DNA from: Haloquadratum walsbyi C23
GTDB lineage: Archaea > Halobacteriota > Halobacteria > Halobacteriales > Haloferacaceae
Assembly: GCF_000237865.1 (NCBI RefSeq)
Contig: NC_017459.1
Coordinates: 2,010,001 to 2,042,000, forward strand
Reading direction: 5' to 3'
DNA: 32,000 nt
The notes beneath the pieces are model-generated. The model saw only the letters and a program-made list of their open reading frames with translations, did not search any database and had not been told where the DNA came from. Positions 26,932 to 32,000 of this stretch are shown piece after piece; the first letter of the stretch is position 1, and every line of letters starts with the position of its first letter. Position numbers and translations under genes: made by a program.

Positions 26932-27296
26932 GATGTGGCTGAAGATGTAGGTGATGAATGTCCGTCCTTATTCGACAGTGCCCGAAATTATCAGACGGTA
27001 TGTCATACGGTGTCGTGTACCGACAGTTCAAATCGTACTATATAGACTGTCTAATATAAACTTACCGTATGGCATTTCTGGTTGGTGATGAAGTGAAAAT
27101 AGAACGCTTCAAAGTCAGTCCGGGTGAATTGAGTAGATTACTCATTTGTGATAATGTATATATATATCGATAATTATGAATTTTAGATTATGTGTATTGG
27201 GCTTTCAGGCGAATGTTAGATATGGAATAGATACTCAAAACCAAGCGTGATATACTAATACAGCAGTGTTTTCCGCATACCGCACAAGACTGTTAC

Positions 27297-27863
27297 ATGG
27301 GACATCACACCTTTGACGTTGAACGAGCAGACGCGCTTGAGGACCCAGAGCGATATGAATACTGCTCACGAGAAGAATTACTCGCTGCGCTTGATGTCGG
27401 TCCAACAACTGATACTGACGCAGTAATCGCCGATATTGGGAGTGGGACTGGATTCTACACCGATGCAGTCGCCCCCTGTGCAGAGTTGGTCTATGCTGTT
27501 GATGTGCAATCGGCAATGCACGATAAATACCGTACCAAGGGGCATCCAGAGAATATCTCTTTTGTCACCGCTGAGGCATCGTCACTTCCATTTGAGTCGA
27601 ACGAACTCGATGCTGCGTTCTCGACAATGACATATCATGAGTTCGCTGGACCTGACGCACTTTCTGAGTTGGCTCGCGTTATTCGTCCTGGGGGGCGTGT
27701 TGTTACTGTCGATTGGTCAAAAACTGGGACTGGTGAATCCGGTCCGCCACGATCAGAGCGATATGAACTTTCCGACGCCGTCCGGGAATTCACGGCTGCT
27801 GGATTCACAACTGTCAATGCTGCAAGTCGAATTGAGACATTCATTCATATTAGTCGTCGATAG
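27297..27863 (+). CDS. class I SAM-dependent methyltransferase
   Basis: Motif I (VIADIGSGTGFYT), post-I acidic residue (YAVD), motif II/III region (LDAAFSTMTYHEF, IRPGGRVV). Confidence 0.85.
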   Translation: MGHHTFDVERADALEDPERYEYCSREELLAALDVGPTTDTDAVIADIGSGTGFYTDAVAPCAELVYAVDVQSAMHDKYRTKGHPENISFVTAEASSLPFESNELDAAFSTMTYHEFAGPDALSELARVIRPGGRVVTVDWSKTGTGESGPPRSERYELSDAVREFTAAGFTTVNAASRIETFIHISRR

Positions 27864-27972
27864 CTTTCATATGTTTTACTCTCATCAAGAATATTAGGCA
27901 ATCATATGGATATAGTCCATATTGTGTTCCATCAGGGAAATACTCTTATTATAGCATCAAATTGTGTCGAGT

Positions 27973-28125
27973 ATGGTGATATATCACGGGACAATTGATC
28001 CGTATGCCACCACATCATCGGTACAGGAGTGTCGATCCTGCGGAGCTCGCTTCACTAGCGCTGATGGTCACTGTCAGACATGTGGGAGTACCGCAGTGCA
28101 AAATATCGCCGTTACACGGGAGTGA
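27973..28125 (+). CDS. 50-aa zinc-ribbon protein (below the ORF-track length cutoff)
   Basis: Manual translation: MVIYHGTIDPYATTSSVQECRSCGARFTSADGHCQTCGSTAVQNIAVTRE, ATG 27973 to TGA 28123-28125. The CxxC-N10-CxxC spacing matches small haloarchaeal zinc-finger or rubrerythrin-like-domain proteins. Confidence 0.55.
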   Translation: MVIYHGTIDPYATTSSVQECRSCGARFTSADGHCQTCGSTAVQNIAVTRE

Positions 28126-28474
28126 TTACAAGACAGTATTACTATTCGACGGCTATCCATGAGAGATATGACGCCGTCACGATATCCATCATACCTCGTC
28201 GACTACTGTCATAATATAGCTTACAATCCCGGACCGGCTATTATCTGTCAGCCAGCATCGAACATCATCGGTCGGCGAGTGCCTGCCACAACCCGGTCCG
28301 GATTCCTTCTACACGAACGATTGTATTCTTCAGCTACTGGTATCGTCACTGCTATTCCTCTGTTTAGATCTATCACACAGGATAGCTGTGCGTGAGATCT
28401 CATAGCATAATTTTTGTATTGAGTTTCGCAGGTATCGTTATTTAACGGTGAGTTCAGAAACAGATTAGATTATA

Positions 28475-29458
28475 TTAAATTCTCATATCAACATCACCGA
28501 TGCCAGCAGCGCGCTCTAAGAGAATGATAATAAATACTCCGACAAGCGCAGCGGTGATGAAGAGAGCAATTGTTGACGGCGTCCAACCAGTCCCGGCATC
28601 CGAGCTCAGTCGTGTCCCGACTCGAACAACTGGTGCGCGAAGTGCACCAACAATGAGTGCAACAAGAAACGCAAATGTCGCCTCATAATATCGCTCAAGC
28701 GCCCATCGAACGGCATGCGCGATACTGAATAATCCAAACACAGCCCCGGAGACGAACGCAACGACGACTGTCCCGGTCTCTATAACTGGGGCGAATGACC
28801 CACCAGTAAGTACTGCGACGCCGGCATCAACGAACATCGAGAGTGTCCCTGTCATATACTCGTACTGTCCAAGAATAACGAGCAAGAGTGATCCCGAAAT
28901 CCCGGGGAGAATCATTGCACTGACTGCGACTGCACCGGCGAGTATCGTCACAGGGAGGCTTTGACCGAGTGCTGTGGCAGCCTGCCCGGAGACAATGAAC
29001 GCAACAAGAAACCCTCCTGCTGCCGCTACAATCCGACCAGGCGTATCGATAGTGAGTGGTTGTCGGAGAACCCATGCAGAGGCGGCGATAAGTCCAAAAA
29101 AGAATCCGAATGTTATTGCCGGGTATGAGACGATGCCGACATGAACAATACGTGTGATTGTAATAATCGCTGAAAGAATCCCTGCACCGAGTGCAATGAG
29201 AAACCAAATGTCGATTGTGCGAAGAGCAGCGAGTGCGCTTTCGCGGTAGTGTGGATGAGGGGCTGAGAGAATAGCTCGTATTCGGCGTGGTGTAACAGCG
29301 GTGACAGCAGTGATCAGTCGTTCATAGATCCCAACAATGAGTGCAATTGTTCCTCCAGAGACACCTGGGACTGCATCTGCTGCTCCCATGCAGATTCCTT
29401 TAATATAAACGACGAGCCACGATGGCATGAGCGAGGACTCGTCTGAGTCATTCACCAT
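28475..29458 (-). CDS. DUF368 family polytopic membrane protein (putative polyprenyl-phosphate transporter family)
   Basis: 327-aa ORF with the DUF368 hallmark near the N-terminus (GAADAVPGVSGGTIALIVGIYERLI) and an internal repeat of it (MILPGISGSLLLVILGQYEY). About 8-10 TM helices. Confidence 0.85.
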   Translation of the reverse strand: MVNDSDESSLMPSWLVVYIKGICMGAADAVPGVSGGTIALIVGIYERLITAVTAVTPRRIRAILSAPHPHYRESALAALRTIDIWFLIALGAGILSAIITITRIVHVGIVSYPAITFGFFFGLIAASAWVLRQPLTIDTPGRIVAAAGGFLVAFIVSGQAATALGQSLPVTILAGAVAVSAMILPGISGSLLLVILGQYEYMTGTLSMFVDAGVAVLTGGSFAPVIETGTVVVAFVSGAVFGLFSIAHAVRWALERYYEATFAFLVALIVGALRAPVVRVGTRLSSDAGTGWTPSTIALFITAALVGVFIIILLERAAGIGDVDMRI

Positions 29459-29488
29459 GCAATTGAGTCTGATAGGCAGGCATTCCGT

Positions 29489-29512
29489 GTTTTCGTTTTC
29501 GTTTTCGTTTTC
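29489..29512. repeat. hexanucleotide microsatellite (GTTTTC)x4 with a degenerate T-rich extension to about 29531
   Basis: Read directly. Lies 31-54 nt upstream of the DUF368 start codon, reading GAAAAC on that gene's coding strand. Confidence 0.9.
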
Positions 29513-29623
29513 GTTTTTTGTTTTGTATTTTCATACGTTGAATCCAGATTATCTTCGTGTGAGCAGTACATGATGAATACCAGAATATGACGTGAAGTAT
29601 GGAGATATATATTTAAGATTCAG

Positions 29624-30961
29624 TCACCACGTCAGTCCTTCATATGTGATTCCGTCGCGACGGTCAATGATTCGTCGACCATCGATAACGACTGGATCCA
29701 CCATCGTATCAAATTCTGTATCAAGCGCCGCGAATTCATCCCAACCGGTGACAACAACGGCTCCATGTGCATCAGCAAGTGCGTCTGCAGCAGTCTCAGT
29801 GTAGGTAATGTCAGGATATTTCTCACGCATGTTTTCGGTTGCAACCGGATCATAAGCAACCACATCCGCACCGTGGTCGCGAAGTTGGTCAATGACTGGT
29901 GCAGCGCGGGTATGACGAATATCATCCGTTCCAGGTTTGAATGCAAGACCAAGCACGGCAATTCGATTATCAGTGATCTCTGTGTGTTTTGCAAGCAATT
30001 CGAGTAAGCGTTCAGGCTGGATATTATTCACACTGAGAGTGGCATTGAGCATCGGTGGATTATATCCGCGTTCCTGTGCCGCAGCGATGATAGCATTCGT
30101 ATCTTTTGGAAAACAACTTCCACCAAAGCCAACCCCGCTTCGTAGGAATTGTGCCCCAATCCGATCATCAAGTCCAATTGCATCTGCGACCTCATATGCG
30201 TCAACACCGAATTCCTTGCACACGTTTCCAAGATCATTAATCAGACTGACTTTACTGGCAAGAAATGCGTTGTTTCCATACTTAATCATCTCCGCTGCTG
30301 CGACGTCGGTCTCGACAACTGGAATCTCATCATCCGCTCGCTCACGAAGCGGGTCATATAATTTATACAATAATTCAGTTGCGCGCTCATCAGCCGTTCC
30401 AAAAACGAGTTTGTCTGGATTAAGAAAGTCAGTGACGGCGCTTCCCTCCCGCTGAAACTCGGGATTTGAGCCGACAAGAAAGTCCTGTGTACGTGCAAGA
30501 CCATCGCGAGCAATGGCAGGCGCAAGTTGCTCATCAGTCGTTGTTGGAATCACGGTTGATTTTGTGAGGATAAGATGGGGGTCTGGGTCCGGGTCTGTAT
30601 CTGTATCTGTGTCTGTATCTGTTGAATTCTGATTCGCGAGTGCCTCACCAACTGACTCCGCGCCAGCTTTCATATACTGGAGGTCAATGCTTCCGTCATC
30701 GCGAGACGGTGTTGGGAGTGCAAGCATCGTGACGTCGGTCTCAGGGATGATATCATACGTTGTTGTTGCACGTAATCGATCCCCACCGTGCTCGGCGACC
30801 AGTTCATCCAGTCCTGGCTCATGAATCGGTGCCTCACCAGCCTCGATAGCAGCGACGATTGAGTCATCAATATCGATGGTGGTCACTGTATGCCCGAGAT
30901 CGGCAAAGCAGGCAGCGACAGTTGTCCCAACATAACCACTCCCGACGATGCTGATATGCAT
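29624..30961 (-). CDS. aglM: UDP-glucose 6-dehydrogenase
   Basis: NAD fold (MHISIVGSGYVGTTVAACFADLGH), catalytic-Cys region (GFGGSCFPKD) and a UDPG_MGDP_dh C-terminal domain. The listed ORF starts at 30982; ATG 30961 is preferred. Adjacent to an AglB-like gene, as in Haloferax. Carries a (TD)5(PD)3 insertion. Confidence 0.88.
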   Translation of the reverse strand: MHISIVGSGYVGTTVAACFADLGHTVTTIDIDDSIVAAIEAGEAPIHEPGLDELVAEHGGDRLRATTTYDIIPETDVTMLALPTPSRDDGSIDLQYMKAGAESVGEALANQNSTDTDTDTDTDPDPDPHLILTKSTVIPTTTDEQLAPAIARDGLARTQDFLVGSNPEFQREGSAVTDFLNPDKLVFGTADERATELLYKLYDPLRERADDEIPVVETDVAAAEMIKYGNNAFLASKVSLINDLGNVCKEFGVDAYEVADAIGLDDRIGAQFLRSGVGFGGSCFPKDTNAIIAAAQERGYNPPMLNATLSVNNIQPERLLELLAKHTEITDNRIAVLGLAFKPGTDDIRHTRAAPVIDQLRDHGADVVAYDPVATENMREKYPDITYTETAADALADAHGAVVVTGWDEFAALDTEFDTMVDPVVIDGRRIIDRRDGITYEGLTW

Positions 30962-31239
30962 TATCGATGAAATGAATCCCATCCTGTTTGAGCGTATCGA
31001 CTTTGACGAGTCTGGGAATCGGGAGACTCTGAGAGGCGGGTGGTATGGAAATCGTCATCGCCGTGTACGTATCCTGAATGATGATTACCTGCTATTGATT
31101 TAGCGAATACAATCGCGTAAGTTAGTGGGTGCAAATCTGTCTCGGCATGTCGTCAGAGACTGCGACCACGTAACCGAATTGCAAATATAAGATGTGATTA
31201 TGTTCGGGGTGTCAAAAACAAAAATTACTGTCGTAGTAT

Positions 31240-32000
31240 CTAACCTGCCCGTTTCATGCTCGGACTAGAAATAGGCGAGTCGAGTGACGACTGCGAGTCT
31301 GAGTCCGAATCTGAACTGGATCCGCCCTCATCACCTGCAGTTGAGTCCGAATCTGCATTTGAACTCGAATCAGTGGAATCACTGTCACTCTCTGTCGAAC
31401 CGCTCTCACTAGTCTCAGACGCGCCGTTATCCGTTGCTGCATCAGACTCAGAAGAGTCAGACTCGGAACTAGAACTGGAGCCGGATCCACCGATACTCAA
31501 TTCCTGTGCATTGCGATCAAGTTCGACATCAATTGCTCCTGATTCATCACCGTTGACGAGCCCTTCTGGCACAGAGACATTCGCTTGATAACTGACGACG
31601 TATCCAGATTCATTGAATGACGGTGCAGATGAGATTGTATAGCTGTCATTCGCGTGGACGCTAATATCGGTGTATCCATTATCGGGACCGTATTCGTCAT
31701 ACTCTGTTGTTGAGTATGGAACAGTCATACTGAACGTCCCTGTGTCCGTCGTCTGTGCCTGTTGTGTGTAGGTGAATGTTGAGTTCTTATTCGGAATAGT
31801 GAGTTCAACCTGTGCGGTCACTGTCGAGTTGGTAGGTGCATTGCTCCCCTCAATCGTCGCACCGGGAACACGTTCGAATGTCTTGACGTATGATGGCTGT
31901 GGCGGCACTGTCGTCCGTGGGTTGATACCGGCAGCTTGTGCACCTCGGTAAGTTGTTCGGAGGATTGACCGTGATGCTGATTGATTATTCACGTGGACAA
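31240..32000 (-). CDS. aglB: C-terminal part of archaeal oligosaccharyltransferase (AglB/STT3), 5'-truncated by the window edge
   Basis: The reading frame is open to the window end. The beta-rich peripheral-domain sequence (TFERVPGATIEG, NSTFTYTQQA, TVPYSTTEY) and the position next to aglM fit haloarchaeal AglB. Ends in a Ser/Asp-rich tail of about 80 aa. The catalytic motifs lie outside the window, so the call rests on context and recollection. Confidence 0.6.
   Translation of the reverse strand, partial: VHVNNQSASRSILRTTYRGAQAAGINPRTTVPPQPSYVKTFERVPGATIEGSNAPTNSTVTAQVELTIPNKNSTFTYTQQAQTTDTGTFSMTVPYSTTEYDEYGPDNGYTDISVHANDSYTISSAPSFNESGYVVSYQANVSVPEGLVNGDESGAIDVELDRNAQELSIGGSGSSSSSESDSSESDAATDNGASETSESGSTESDSDSTDSSSNADSDSTAGDEGGSSSDSDSDSQSSLDSPISSPSMKRAG

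Noticed and set aside
28159-28395. 78-aa ORF in the zinc-ribbon/DUF368 spacer
   Set aside because: Its composition is non-acidic and rich in Cys/His/Arg, with no recognisable domain. It is kept only as part of the unexplained-spacer observation.
29489-29531. CRISPR-like array; also considered for 21754-21812 and 1855-1884
   Set aside because: The units are only 6-15 bp and directly abut with no spacers, and there are no cas genes. They are simple tandem repeats.
31256-31588. 110-aa acidic plus-strand ORF opposite the AglB tail
   Set aside because: It is the mirror image of the Ser/Asp low-complexity coding repeat (GA-rich codons read as Glu/Ser/Leu on the other strand). The minus-strand frame continues into conserved AglB-like sequence.

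Overview
Haloarchaeal chromosome segment with a low-GC genome and a strongly acidic proteome. Gene content, AT-rich spacers and an ISH3-type IS fit a Haloquadratum-like organism, but that is inference only. The window is mostly housekeeping. In order: thiE-thiM and thiD, an MBL-fold hydrolase, ATP-dependent DNA ligase, a glutamate-cysteine-ligase-like protein, proteasome beta subunit, DUF555, an intact ISH3-family IS with a 5-bp target duplication, an HTH-CBS regulator, purM, an M50 protease, a TraB-family protein, a DUF151 nuclease, ileS, dhaKLM, a short GlpA-like dehydrogenase, a HAD phosphatase, small HEWD and zinc-ribbon proteins, a SAM methyltransferase, a DUF368 membrane protein, aglM and the 3' end of aglB. 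I saw no CRISPR array, tRNA or rRNA. The strongest unexplained signal is a ~380-nt GC-rich, hairpin-dense, non-coding island between ileS and dhaK (21309-21691). I could not assign it to RNase P RNA or SRP RNA by eye. Second is a ~130-bp interspersed repeat whose two inverted copies (7377-7508 and 13155-13287) bracket the psmB-to-purM block and show stem-preserving substitutions. Other points: DUF368 lies beside aglM/aglB, a 50-aa zinc-ribbon ORF is missing from the ORF track, the GlpA-like gene has no glpBC, and several coding and promoter-proximal microsatellites are present. I found no clear multi-gene novel system such as a defence island.
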